From the NCBI GenBank assembly GCA_029265435.1, contig JAJUJH010000001.1, positions 484 to 64,483 of the forward strand: 64,000 bases of DNA, written 5' to 3'. This document shows positions 27,913 through 37,587 of this stretch, piece by piece. How positions within the stretch are numbered: the stretch's first letter is position 1; every line of letters starts with the position of its first letter. Below the pieces are notes generated by a model, which searched no databases, was not told where the DNA came from, and saw only the letters and a program-made list of their open reading frames with translations. This stretch comes from Clostridiales bacterium (GTDB lineage: Bacteria > Bacillota > Clostridia > Christensenellales > SZUA-584). A program made the position numbers and the translations under genes.

Positions 27913-28109
27913 AGCCCCCGGCGTTTGCCGAAGGCTCAGAGTGTCGATAAGTCAAGAATATCATTTGTGGGCAAGACGGGCTTCGCCCGCGCAGCCCACA
28001 CCTTGCGGTTTTACGCCGTTTCGAGCTTGCGAAGAACAAGCAAAACCGGAAAACTGTCGGAAACCGAAGGTTTTTCGACAAGTGAGCCCTCGGCGTTTGC
28101 CGAAGGCTC
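27913..28109 (+). repeat. Structured intergenic repeat, copy 1: 147-bp core (27938-28084) flanked by a 25-bp duplication of the tkt terminator hairpin
   Basis: The core aligns end to end with 40323-40464 and 47419-47569. Flanks are AGCCCCCGGCGTTTGCCGAAGGCTC (27913-27937) and AGCCCTCGGCGTTTGCCGAAGGCTC (28085-28109). Confidence 0.85.
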
Positions 28110-28124
28110 GTGCAGTTGTGCCGC

Positions 28125-30107
28125 TTATTTGCCGAGCAGCTTTTTGGCTGTGGCCGCGGCGTTTTCGGCTGTGAGGCCGAACGCTTCGTACAGCTTGCCC
28201 GCAGGGCCGGATGCGCCGAAATGGTCGAGCGCGATGATTTCGCCGTTGGCCGCGTACTTATGCCACCCGAAAGAGGCCGCCGCTTCCACGATCACGCGTT
28301 TATCGAGCGCGTCCGGAAGCACGCTCTTTTTGTAGGCTTCGTCCTGCTGCTCAAACACCTCTATGCACGGCATGGAGACCACGCGCGCGGCAATGCCTTC
28401 CTCAAGCAGCTTCTGGCCCGCCTTATAGCAGATTTCCACTTCACTGCCCGTACCGATAAGTATGACGGACGGATTCGGGCCGAAGTCCTTCAAGACATAG
28501 CCGCCCTTGAGTGCGGCTTCGCCTGTCTCCTCATACAGCGGCAGAGTCTGACGCGAGAGCGCGATGACGGACGGGCCGGATACGGTCAGCGCCGAAATGT
28601 AAGCCGCCGCCGTTTCCTTGGAATCCGCCGGACGCCACATATAGGTGTTGGGCGTCGCGCGCATGCATGCGAGCTGTTCGATGGGCTGGTGCGTCGGGCC
28701 GTCTTCGCCTACGCCGATGCTGTCGTGCGTCATTACGTATATAACGGGTAGGTTCATCAGCGCCGACATGCGCACTGCATTTTTCAAATAATCGGTGAAC
28801 ACGAAGAACGTCGCGACATACGGGATCACGCCGCCGTGCAGCGCAAGGCCGTTGGCAATCGCCGCCATCGCGAATTCACGGATGCCGTAATGGATATTGA
28901 CGCCTTCGCGGCAGTCGGGCGCAAAATACGGTTTGCCCTTGATGACAGAGTTGTTGGAGGGGCCGAGGTCCGCGCTGCCTCCGAACAGGCCGGGCAGCTT
29001 TTCGGCAAGACGATTCAGAATGATGCCGGAAGACTGGCGGGTGGCCAGCGGCTTATCAAAATCGTAAAGCGACTTGTCGTTGAGCACGCTTTCGTCCACA
29101 GGACCAAAGCATTTTTTCCAGAGCGCGGCCATATCGGGGTACTTCGCGCAATATTCGGCGAACATCGCGTTCCATTTTTCTTCGGCCTGCGTATAGGCTT
29201 TCTGCCGTCTGCCGGCTTCGGCCTTCACTTCGTCAGGCACATAGAAGCTTTCGCTGTAAGTCCAGCCGAGCGTCTGCTTGAGCGCCGCGATATTCTCGTC
29301 GCCGAGCGGTGAACCGTGGCACGAGGCTTTGCCCTGCACGGCGGGGCAGCCGTAACCGATCGCCGTTTTGATGATGATGATGGAAGGCTTGCCAGTTTCC
29401 GCTTTTGCGGCCGCAATGGCTTTGTCGATGCCGTCGATATCCTCGTTGCCGTCTTCGACGGTAAGCACCTGCCAGCCGTACGCTTCAAAACGCTTGGCGA
29501 CATCTTCATCAAACGCGAAATCCGTTTCGCCCTCGATGGTGATCTTGTTCCTGTCGTAAAGCAATATCAGCTTGCCGAGCTTCAATGTGCCCGCGAGAGA
29601 GCACGCTTCGGACGCGACGCCTTCCATCAGACAGCCGTCGCCCGAGAGCACGTATGTGTAGTGGTCAACCACGTTGTAGCCGTCTTTATTGAACATCGCG
29701 GCAAGGTGCGCTTCCGCCATCGCCATGCCCACGGCGTTGGCAATGCCCTGGCCGAGAGGGCCTGTGGTGGTTTCGATACCCGCGATGTGACCGTATTCGG
29801 GGTGTCCAGCCGTTTTTGCGCCGTACTGGCGGAAATTTTTGAGCTGGTCGAGAGTGGCTTCCTCATAGCCGAACGTGTGCAGCAGCGCATAGAGCAGCAT
29901 GGAGCCGTGCCCCGCCGACAGCACGAAACGGTCTCTGTCCGCCCAAGACGGATTTTTGGGGTTGTGCTTCAAATGCCTGGACCAAAGCGTGTAGGCCATG
30001 GGCGCCGCGCCCAGAGGCAGCCCGGGATGGCCGCTGTTTGCTTTCTGTACGCCTTCAACCGCCAGTATGCGGATGGTGTTGACGGACAGCTTGTCGATGT
30101 TGATCAT
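28125..30107 (-). CDS. tkt: Transketolase
   Basis: [55 protein letters not shown] before the ATG at 30107 (the track ORF extends to 30176). Confidence 0.9.
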   Translation of the reverse strand: MINIDKLSVNTIRILAVEGVQKANSGHPGLPLGAAPMAYTLWSRHLKHNPKNPSWADRDRFVLSAGHGSMLLYALLHTFGYEEATLDQLKNFRQYGAKTAGHPEYGHIAGIETTTGPLGQGIANAVGMAMAEAHLAAMFNKDGYNVVDHYTYVLSGDGCLMEGVASEACSLAGTLKLGKLILLYDRNKITIEGETDFAFDEDVAKRFEAYGWQVLTVEDGNEDIDGIDKAIAAAKAETGKPSIIIIKTAIGYGCPAVQGKASCHGSPLGDENIAALKQTLGWTYSESFYVPDEVKAEAGRRQKAYTQAEEKWNAMFAEYCAKYPDMAALWKKCFGPVDESVLNDKSLYDFDKPLATRQSSGIILNRLAEKLPGLFGGSADLGPSNNSVIKGKPYFAPDCREGVNIHYGIREFAMAAIANGLALHGGVIPYVATFFVFTDYLKNAVRMSALMNLPVIYVMTHDSIGVGEDGPTHQPIEQLACMRATPNTYMWRPADSKETAAAYISALTVSGPSVIALSRQTLPLYEETGEAALKGGYVLKDFGPNPSVILIGTGSEVEICYKAGQKLLEEGIAARVVSMPCIEVFEQQDEAYKKSVLPDALDKRVIVEAAASFGWHKYAANGEIIALDHFGASGPAGKLYEAFGLTAENAAATAKKLLGK

Positions 30108-30227
30108 AGATACCTCCTCGTATTGATACGGCTTAAACCGTTTTCTGCGTCGTTCTCTTGAACGTATCAGACTCATTATAGTGTTTGCCGAAGATAATCA
30201 CAATAATAAAAAGAGAGTTGGCCAATA

Positions 30228-30923
30228 TTAACGCCTGCGTGACGAGAGCATCATAAAGCGCAGCACGTTGAGCAGCGCGATCAGCGTGGCGGCCACATAG
30301 GTGAGCGCCGCCGCGTCAAGCATCTTTTTCGCGCCGTACTGTTCTTCATCCGTCAGCATGCCCTCCGCCTGTATCGCGGCGAGCGCGCGTTTCGACGCGT
30401 TAAACTCAACGGGCAGCGTAATGAGCTGAAATGCGAAAATCGCAAGGAAAATGTAGACGGCGACGGTCACCGTATTTGTATAGCCGAGCGCAAGCCCGAG
30501 TATCAGAACGGGCCAGAGCATGTAAGACGCAAAGCTGACCATCGGCGCCATAAAGCTGCGCAGACGAAGCGGAATATAACCGCCGCCATGCTGCATCGCG
30601 TGGCCGGATTCGTGTGCGGCGATGGCGACCGCGGCCACAGAGCTGCCCGAATAGCAGGCCTCCGATAGATTCAGCGTCCTTTTCCGGGGGTTGTAGTTGT
30701 CGGAAAGCCGGCCGCTTACGGGAAGAATCTGCACGCTGTGAAGCCCGTTTGCGGCGAGTATTCTCGCGGCGGCTTCCCTGCCCGTCATGCCGCTTCTGAC
30801 GGGGATTTTGGAATACGTCCGATAAGCGCCGTTCACTTTTGACTGCGCCCATGCGGCCAGCAGTATGCCGGGTATGATGAGAAATATCGTCCAGTCGATA
30901 TAATAATAGTTCGCCATGTGCAT
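30228..30923 (-). CDS. Membrane zinc metallopeptidase (Zn_peptidase_2 / YpfJ-like family)
   Basis: HESGHAMQH zinc motif with flanking TM helices. 231 aa. Confidence 0.8.
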   Translation of the reverse strand: MHMANYYYIDWTIFLIIPGILLAAWAQSKVNGAYRTYSKIPVRSGMTGREAAARILAANGLHSVQILPVSGRLSDNYNPRKRTLNLSEACYSGSSVAAVAIAAHESGHAMQHGGGYIPLRLRSFMAPMVSFASYMLWPVLILGLALGYTNTVTVAVYIFLAIFAFQLITLPVEFNASKRALAAIQAEGMLTDEEQYGAKKMLDAAALTYVAATLIALLNVLRFMMLSSRRR

Positions 30924-30947
30924 CTCTTTTTCCCTCCGTTTGTTATA

Positions 30948-31484
30948 TTATTGTTTTGTTTGCAGCTTTAATGCGCCCGCGGCCCGGCCGAACAGCGCGT
31001 GCGCCGTAACGCCCGTTATCGTGCCGGACACCTCGCCGATGATGAGCAGTATGAACGCATAATAGAATAGCCGCGTTTCGCCTGTCGTCAGAACGGCGAT
31101 GCACACCTGCATAAAATTGTGCGTGCATGCTCCGAGCACGGAAACGCCCGTGATGGTCAGCGGCTTTATCGTTTTCATAGCGGCAAACATCACAAGAATG
31201 CTGAAAATGACGCCGGAAACCGAATAGAAAAACATTCCGAAGCCGCCCGCAAAAAACGATGAGAGCAATGCACGCAAAAGCCCTACCGTCAGCGCCGCAG
31301 ACAGAGAAAAATAGCTTAAAAGAAACATGGAAACGATGTTGGCCAGCCCGAGCTTGACGCCGGGCACGGGGATCGGGATCAGCGCTCCCAGCATGCTTTC
31401 TGCCACCGAAAGCACAAGCGACAGCGACAGCAGCGCGCCGAGCAGCGCGATACGCCTCGGCGTCAGCTTATTCCGCAATGGCAT
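30948..31484 (-). CDS. Gx transporter family membrane protein (formerly 'heptaprenyl diphosphate synthase component I'-like)
   Basis: Start at the internal ATG at 31484 (MPLRNKLTPRRIALLGALLSLSLVLSVAESML...PGVKLGLANIV). Overlaps the upstream gene end by 17 nt. Confidence 0.7.
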   Translation of the reverse strand: MPLRNKLTPRRIALLGALLSLSLVLSVAESMLGALIPIPVPGVKLGLANIVSMFLLSYFSLSAALTVGLLRALLSSFFAGGFGMFFYSVSGVIFSILVMFAAMKTIKPLTITGVSVLGACTHNFMQVCIAVLTTGETRLFYYAFILLIIGEVSGTITGVTAHALFGRAAGALKLQTKQ

Positions 31485-31821
31485 CCACCTCGCTTTTGCC
31501 CGAGAGCGTGACGGATATTCTGTTCGGCAGGCAGGCCATGCTGCTGCCCGGCGATGAGAGCCATCCCGCATGAACGCATTCCTGACCGGCGCAGTTTGAC
31601 TCGGCGAAGCGGATCGAACCGCTTTTGACTTCAAAACGGACACTGCCTATCCAAAACGACTGGTCGGCATCCAGCTGCACTTCCTTCACGATCTGTCCGT
31701 TTTGGCGGATCACGGCTGTCTGCGCGCCGCCCGATCCGGACAGCAATATCATGCCGGAAACGGCGATGACGGCGATGAGTATGAAAAGCAGGATATCAGC
31801 TTTTGAGAGTATAGGCTTCAT
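31468..31821 (-). CDS. NusG domain II-containing (DUF1312) membrane-anchored protein
   Basis: ATG at 31821: MKPILSKADILLFILIAVIAVSG (TM)...IRFAESNCAGQECVHAGWLSSPGSSMACLPNRISV. The C-x2-C...C pattern is typical of this family. Confidence 0.65.
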   Translation of the reverse strand: MKPILSKADILLFILIAVIAVSGMILLSGSGGAQTAVIRQNGQIVKEVQLDADQSFWIGSVRFEVKSGSIRFAESNCAGQECVHAGWLSSPGSSMACLPNRISVTLSGKSEVDAIAE

Positions 31822-32803
31822 CGGTGATCCGTATATTGTCCTCCAGTCCGCTTGTGACATAAACATATCTGTCGTCCGTGATGAAAACGGCCTCCACGCC
31901 GTCTTCATGCTCCGCAAAAACAAGCCCTTTTTCAAGCCCCATCACAAAAAGCGCGGTTGAGAGGGCATCCGCCTTGGCGCTGCTTTCGCAGACCACGGTG
32001 ACAGCAAGCAATCCGTTATCGGCAGGCCGGCCCGTTTTCGGGTCGAACAGATGGTGATATGTTTTGCCGCCGCTTTCAAAAAAGCGCTCGTAAACGCCCG
32101 ATGTGACCACGGAGGTGTTGCTGACGCTGATGATGGCCGCATATTCGTTTTCCGCGCCGAGCGGGTCTCTGAGGCCGATGCGGAAATCGCTGCCGTCCGT
32201 CTTTTTTCCGTAAACGCAGACGTTGCCGCCAAGGTTGAGTATCGCGCTGCCGACGCCGTATTTTTGATAAATTTGGACGGCAAGGTCTGCGGCATATCCT
32301 TTGGCGATGCCGCCGAGATCAAGCAGCGTCCCCTTCTTGGCGATCGTGACGGCATTGCCGCTGACAGTGACGTTATGATAATCGGTGAACGGAAGCGCGT
32401 CGGCGATTTCATCGTCGGACGGAACGCGCGGACTGCCGGTGATATCCCACAGCGTGGATATCGCGCCGATGGCGGGGTCGAAAGCGCCGTCCGTTTCATC
32501 GGCATAACGCAGCGCTTCGGCAATAAGCCGGGCCGCTTCGTCGCTTACGGCCGCCGGTTCCGGCGCGCTATGGTTGGCGGCGTAAACATATGAACCTTCG
32601 TTCATCGACAGCTCCCGCGTGATGCGCGTCAGGTTTTCGTTGACCTCACTGACGGCGGCATCCGCATTTATACCGATGACCTGTTGGGTGCATATCGTGT
32701 CAAGCGCGAATGTTTCGCTTGTTTTTTCGGCGGGCGTGCACGAACATAGGAGCAGCGAGAGAACGGCCGTCAGCGCCGGTACGACGGATGATCTTTTTTT
32801 CAT
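31796..32803 (-). CDS. apbE: FAD:protein FMN transferase (ApbE) lipoprotein
   Basis: Lipobox LLLCSC. FALDTICTQ..., GAFDPAIG, LDLGGIAKGYAAD, TSGVYERFF, HHLFDPKTGRP. Confidence 0.85.
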   Translation of the reverse strand: MKKRSSVVPALTAVLSLLLCSCTPAEKTSETFALDTICTQQVIGINADAAVSEVNENLTRITRELSMNEGSYVYAANHSAPEPAAVSDEAARLIAEALRYADETDGAFDPAIGAISTLWDITGSPRVPSDDEIADALPFTDYHNVTVSGNAVTIAKKGTLLDLGGIAKGYAADLAVQIYQKYGVGSAILNLGGNVCVYGKKTDGSDFRIGLRDPLGAENEYAAIISVSNTSVVTSGVYERFFESGGKTYHHLFDPKTGRPADNGLLAVTVVCESSAKADALSTALFVMGLEKGLVFAEHEDGVEAVFITDDRYVYVTSGLEDNIRITDEAYTLKS

Positions 32804-32902
32804 GCCTTCATTATAGTGATTGCCGCGGTGCGCCGCAACAGAGTGTTTTTTATCTTAATGGTAAATAATCATTGAACATATTGTGAACGATTGCAAAGAC
32901 TG

Positions 32903-32953
32903 TTGACGATGCGGCCGAAAAAACAGTATATTGATGAAAGTAAGTACTTACTT
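32903..32953 (+). promoter_or_regulatory. Promoter TTGACG-18 nt-TATATT followed by a perfect 16-bp palindrome AAGTAAGTACTTACTT (candidate TetR operator)
   Basis: -35 at 32903-32908, -10 at 32927-32932, palindrome at 32938-32953. All lie immediately upstream of the RBS and ATG (32990) of the TetR gene. Confidence 0.5.
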
Positions 32954-32989
32954 AAAAAGTTTTCAGTTGACAACAAAGGAGGCGAAACA

Positions 32990-33577
32990 ATGAGAGACAC
33001 GCGGAGCAATATCTTGGCGGCGGCGCGTGAGCTTTTTGAAAAACGGGGCTTTGCCGCCGCGACCACAAAGGATATTGCCGCGCTTGCCGGAGTGAGCGAG
33101 GTGACGTTGTTCCGGCACTTTCCCACCAAGCGCGCGTTGTTTGACGAGACGCTGCACAGCTGCCTTCATCCAAGCACGATCGAAGAATATCTGAAAAGCG
33201 GCGTCACATATGATTTGGAGCGGGATCTGAAGCATATCGCCTATGATCTGCGCGATAATTACCGCAAGAACGCTCCGTTTATCCGCATGATCATGCGCGA
33301 CAAGGTGAGGGATTCCATGCCCGAGAAGGACATGAGAGAAAAGGAGCATCATGTGAAAGCCAGCCTTCTTTCTTATTTCAGCGCGATGAAAAGCGCGGGC
33401 GATATGAATGCGCCGCCGGAGATGGCAATGAAGCTTTTTGTAACCAATGTGACCGGAAGCATCATCAGAGAGATAATGACGTTCGGAAAGGCTGAAAACG
33501 ACGAAGCGTATTTTGATTGGATGCTGGACAGGGTCATCGAAGTGTTGAAGACGAAACCGGGAAAGGACGATTTATGA
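32990..33577 (+). CDS. TetR/AcrR-family transcriptional regulator
   Basis: ILAAARELFEKRGFAAATTKDIAALAGVSEVTLFRHFPTKRALF. AAAGGAGG RBS before the ATG at 32990. Confidence 0.8.
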   Translation: MRDTRSNILAAARELFEKRGFAAATTKDIAALAGVSEVTLFRHFPTKRALFDETLHSCLHPSTIEEYLKSGVTYDLERDLKHIAYDLRDNYRKNAPFIRMIMRDKVRDSMPEKDMREKEHHVKASLLSYFSAMKSAGDMNAPPEMAMKLFVTNVTGSIIREIMTFGKAENDEAYFDWMLDRVIEVLKTKPGKDDL

Positions 33578-35301
33578 GGAAATTAATGAGGTATTTGAAG
33601 CCTTACACATGGCCGGTGATTATCGTGGTGATCATGACCGCCGCGCAGTCGATCTGCCAGCTTTATCTGCCGAATCTGATGTCCGATATTGTGGATAAGG
33701 GCGTCGTCGGCAAGGATGTGGGGCTGATTATTCAAACAGGGCTTGTCATGCTCGGGTTTTCGCTGATTATCACCGTCTGCACGGTGCTGGCGCGGCTGTA
33801 CGGCTCCAAAGCCGCCGTCGGTTTTGCGCGCGATCTGCGCGCCGATATTTTCAAGACGGTCACAAATTATTCAATGAACGAGTTTGACAAAATCGGTACG
33901 GCGTCGCTGATCACGCGTTCCACCAACGATGTGACGCAGATACAAAACGCGATGGTGATGATATTAAGCATGCTGATATTCGCGCCCATTATGTGCGTGG
34001 GCGGCATCATCATGGCGGTCAACGAAGGCACCGGCCTATCGTGGATCATCGTGGCGACCATCGTGCTGATGTCGGCATTGATACTCGTGGTGGCCCGGTA
34101 TGTGCTGCCGCTTTTCAAATCGCTGCAGAAGAAAGTCGATAAGGTGAACCTTGTGCTGCGTGAAGGCCTGACGGGTATTCGCGTGATCCGCGCGTTCAAT
34201 AAAACGGGCCGCGAGGAAGAGCGGTTTGACGAAGCGAACAAGGATCTGACCAAAACGTCCATATCGGTTTACCGCTGGATGGCGGTCATGTTTCCGGCCA
34301 TCATGATGGTGCTGAATCTGGGTACCGTCGCGGTGATATGGTTCGGCGGCTTGCGGGTGGACAGCGGCGAAGTGCAGGTGGGTCAGCTCATGGCGTTTCA
34401 GCAGTATGTGATGCAGATCATGTTCTCCGTGATCATGGCCACGATGATGTTCGTTATGCTTCCGCGCGCATCGGCGTCGGCAGACCGCATCAACGAGGTG
34501 CTGGAGCTCAAGCCGTCGATCGTGGACAGGACAAAAAGCGCGCCCGAAACGGCGGTCCGCGGACACGTCGAGTTCAAAAACGTGAGCTTTTGCTACGAAG
34601 GCGCAACGGAACCGGTGCTCAAAGACATCAGCTTTGAATGCCGGCCCGGGCAGGTGACGGCGATCATCGGCGGTACGGGGGCGGGAAAATCGACGCTGGT
34701 CAAGCTGATACCGCGCTTTTATGATGCGACGGAAGGCCGGGTGCTTGTGGACGGTGTGGACGTGAAAGATTACCCGCAGAGCGTGCTGCGCCAAAAAATC
34801 GGTTTTGTCCCGCAGAAGGCAAGTCTGGTGAGCGGCACGATCGCCGATAATCTGAGGTTCGGAAAAGCGGATGCAACGGAGGAAGACATCAAAAAGGCGC
34901 TTTCGGTCGCACAGGCGGAAGAGTTTGTGTCAACGCTGGAAGACGGAGCGGAAGCGGCGGTGTCACAGGACGGCACGAATTTTTCGGGCGGACAGAAGCA
35001 GCGCCTTTCGATTGCGCGCGCGCTTGTCAGGAGGCCGGAAATCTATATCTTTGACGACAGCTTCTCGGCGCTTGACTTTAAGACGGACGCGAAGCTTCGG
35101 GCGGCGCTGGCCGGCGAGGTCAAGGAAGCGGCCGTTCTGATCGTGGCGCAGCGTGTCAGCACCGTCATGAACGCCGACAACATACTTGTGCTCGATGAAG
35201 GCCGTCTTGTGGGCCAGGGCACGCACCGGCAGCTGATGCAAAGCTGCGGCACATACCGGGAAATTGTCGAATCGCAGCTTTCAGTGGAGGAACTCGCATG
35301 A
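33574..35301 (+). CDS. ABC exporter, fused permease/ATPase (heterodimer subunit A, multidrug/lipid type)
   Basis: ATGA overlap with the TetR stop. 6 TM helices, then [34 protein letters not shown]. Confidence 0.9.
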   Translation: MRKLMRYLKPYTWPVIIVVIMTAAQSICQLYLPNLMSDIVDKGVVGKDVGLIIQTGLVMLGFSLIITVCTVLARLYGSKAAVGFARDLRADIFKTVTNYSMNEFDKIGTASLITRSTNDVTQIQNAMVMILSMLIFAPIMCVGGIIMAVNEGTGLSWIIVATIVLMSALILVVARYVLPLFKSLQKKVDKVNLVLREGLTGIRVIRAFNKTGREEERFDEANKDLTKTSISVYRWMAVMFPAIMMVLNLGTVAVIWFGGLRVDSGEVQVGQLMAFQQYVMQIMFSVIMATMMFVMLPRASASADRINEVLELKPSIVDRTKSAPETAVRGHVEFKNVSFCYEGATEPVLKDISFECRPGQVTAIIGGTGAGKSTLVKLIPRFYDATEGRVLVDGVDVKDYPQSVLRQKIGFVPQKASLVSGTIADNLRFGKADATEEDIKKALSVAQAEEFVSTLEDGAEAAVSQDGTNFSGGQKQRLSIARALVRRPEIYIFDDSFSALDFKTDAKLRAALAGEVKEAAVLIVAQRVSTVMNADNILVLDEGRLVGQGTHRQLMQSCGTYREIVESQLSVEELA

Positions 35302-37328
35302 GCAACGATAACAAATATACGGCAAGGCCTATTAGACCGGGGCGCGGACGAGGCCCGATGGGCGGCGGCCCGATGGGGCATGGCATGCCCGCCGAGAAGG
35401 CGAAGGATTTTAAAGCGGGATTCAGCCGTTTGATGACTTACCTTACAAAACACAAAGCGGCGCTGATCGTCGTGATCGTCATGGCGGTATGCAGTACGGT
35501 GTTTTCGATATTCGGCCCGAAGGTGCTCGGCAACGCGACAACGGAGCTATTTAAGCCGCTTTCGGCGAAGGGGCAGGCATACAGCCATCTTCAGGACGCA
35601 CTGCCGGAGGATATCAGGGCCGGTATGGAGGCGGGGACATTGACGCCCGAACAGGCGGTGATGGCCGCTGTCAATTCGCCCGACAAGGAGACGGCCGCCA
35701 ATGTCATGAAAGCGGCTGAGGAGCTGAAGCAAGCGTCTGAGATGAGAATCGACTTCGGCAAGGTGGGCGGCATCATACTGACGGTGCTCGCGCTTTATCT
35801 CTTAAGCTCGCTGTTTTCATTCGTGCTGCAGTATGTGATGGCAAAAACCTCGCAGGCCATCGTTTACGACATGCGGCGTGAGGTGGACGTCAAGCTGGGA
35901 AAACTGCCGCTTAGATTTTTCGACGGACGGACGCACGGCGAGATCCTCTCGCGCGTGACAAACGACATCGATACCATATCGACGTCTTTGCAGCAGGGGC
36001 TGACGCAGGTGATTTCCGCAGTGACCACGCTGCTCGGCATCGTCGTGATGATGCTGACGATATCGTGGATCATTACGCTGGTATCGCTGGTGATATTGCC
36101 GGCAAGCTTTATTGTGACAAAGACGGTCATCAAAAAATCTCAGGTTTATTTCAAGAAGCAGCAGGCGGAGATCGGCCACATTAACGGCCACGTGGAGGAG
36201 ATGTACGGCGCGCATACCGTCGTGAAGGCGTTCGGCAAAGAGGAGGAAAGCGAAGAGAAGTTCGCCCGGATCAACGAACGGCTTTACGGTGTGGGCTGGA
36301 AGGCGCAGTTTCTTTCCGGCATCATGATGCCGCTGATCAATTTTCTGAGCAACATATCGTATGTGCTTGTTTGTGTGATCGGCGGCGTGCTCGTCATCAA
36401 CGGCCGGATATCCATCGGCGACGTGCAGGCGTTTATCCAATATTCGCGCCAGTTCACGCAGCCGATCACGCAGGTGGCGCAGATTGCAAACGTCATGCAG
36501 TCCACGGTTGCGGCGGCGGAGCGTGTGTTTGAAGTGCTCGACGAACCGGAGATGACGCCCGACAAGCACGCGGTTCACGTGCCCGAAGCGCGCGGCGCCG
36601 TGGAATTCGAGCATGTCAGCTTCGGGTACGAACCCGGTAAACCGGTGATCAAGGACATGAATTTGAAGGTGAACCCCGGCGACGTGGTGGCGATCGTCGG
36701 CCCGACGGGGGCGGGCAAGACCACGCTTGTCAACCTTTTGATGCGTTTTTACGAGGTGGACGAAGGACGCATATGCGTTGACGGCATGGATATCAGCGAG
36801 ATGCCGCGCGAAACGCTGAGGCGGCGCTTCGGCATGGTGCTTCAGGACACATGGCTGTTCGGCGGCACGATACGCGACAACATCGCTTACGGCCGCGAGG
36901 GCGCAACGGAGGAGGAGATCGTGAAAGCGGCCAGAATGGCGCACGCGGATCACTTTATCCGAACGCTGCCCGACGGCTACGATACCGTTTTGAACGAGGA
37001 GGCATCCAACATATCGTCGGGCCAAAAGCAGCTTCTGACCATTGCGCGTGCGCTTCTGGCGGATCCGCCGGTGCTGATACTTGACGAGGCGACGAGCAAT
37101 GTGGATACGCGCACCGAGGCATATATACAAAACGCGATGATTGCGCTGATGAAGGGCCGTACGAACTTCGTGATCGCGCACCGCCTCTCGACAATCCGCA
37201 ACGCGTCGACGATACTCGTGATGAATGAAGGCAGGATCATCGAACAGGGCACGCATAAGCAGCTGATGGACAAAAACGGCTTCTATGCCGACCTTTACAA
37301 CAGCCAGTTTACGGGCGCCATCGCTTAA
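35298..37328 (+). CDS. ABC exporter, fused permease/ATPase (heterodimer subunit B)
   Basis: 4-nt overlap with the upstream gene. GPTGAGKTT, SSGQKQLLTIARAL, LILDEATSNVD. Confidence 0.9.
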   Translation: MSNDNKYTARPIRPGRGRGPMGGGPMGHGMPAEKAKDFKAGFSRLMTYLTKHKAALIVVIVMAVCSTVFSIFGPKVLGNATTELFKPLSAKGQAYSHLQDALPEDIRAGMEAGTLTPEQAVMAAVNSPDKETAANVMKAAEELKQASEMRIDFGKVGGIILTVLALYLLSSLFSFVLQYVMAKTSQAIVYDMRREVDVKLGKLPLRFFDGRTHGEILSRVTNDIDTISTSLQQGLTQVISAVTTLLGIVVMMLTISWIITLVSLVILPASFIVTKTVIKKSQVYFKKQQAEIGHINGHVEEMYGAHTVVKAFGKEEESEEKFARINERLYGVGWKAQFLSGIMMPLINFLSNISYVLVCVIGGVLVINGRISIGDVQAFIQYSRQFTQPITQVAQIANVMQSTVAAAERVFEVLDEPEMTPDKHAVHVPEARGAVEFEHVSFGYEPGKPVIKDMNLKVNPGDVVAIVGPTGAGKTTLVNLLMRFYEVDEGRICVDGMDISEMPRETLRRRFGMVLQDTWLFGGTIRDNIAYGREGATEEEIVKAARMAHADHFIRTLPDGYDTVLNEEASNISSGQKQLLTIARALLADPPVLILDEATSNVDTRTEAYIQNAMIALMKGRTNFVIAHRLSTIRNASTILVMNEGRIIEQGTHKQLMDKNGFYADLYNSQFTGAIA

Positions 37329-37346
37329 GACAACTTCGATAAAGCA

Positions 37347-37388
37347 AACGCCCCGTCTGCGCGGATTTTTGCACAGCGGGGCGTTTTT
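37347..37388 (+). terminator. Rho-independent terminator of the TetR-ABC operon
   Basis: AAACGCCCCGTCTG...CAGCGGGGCGTTTTT, 19 nt after the stop codon. Confidence 0.7.
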
Positions 37389-37587
37389 GCGTGCCGCCGT
37401 TATCGGGCCATGCGGCGTTCTCGGATTCGGTCGGCGGTCCGCGCAGATCTTCCCCTCGGACGCGCCGGTTTGATTGACTTTGGCCAAGCGGGCTTGCTAT
37501 CATGTCAGTTGTAAACAATATGTGAAAACATGGCGTTGTTTATATTTTAGACGCAACTTTTTAGTATGATATAACAGAGGACAAACA

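Noticed and set aside
35817-37487. 556-aa minus-strand ORF opposite the second ABC exporter gene. Similar long antisense ORFs occur at 7896-8750, 9459-10403, 19120-19878, 28110-28751, 29316-30161, 34036-34794, 45809-46702, 51029-51805, 53526-54299 and 55008-55730.
   Set aside because: All lie antisense to genes with unambiguous Walker or other catalytic motifs and have the biased composition of GC-rich shadow frames.
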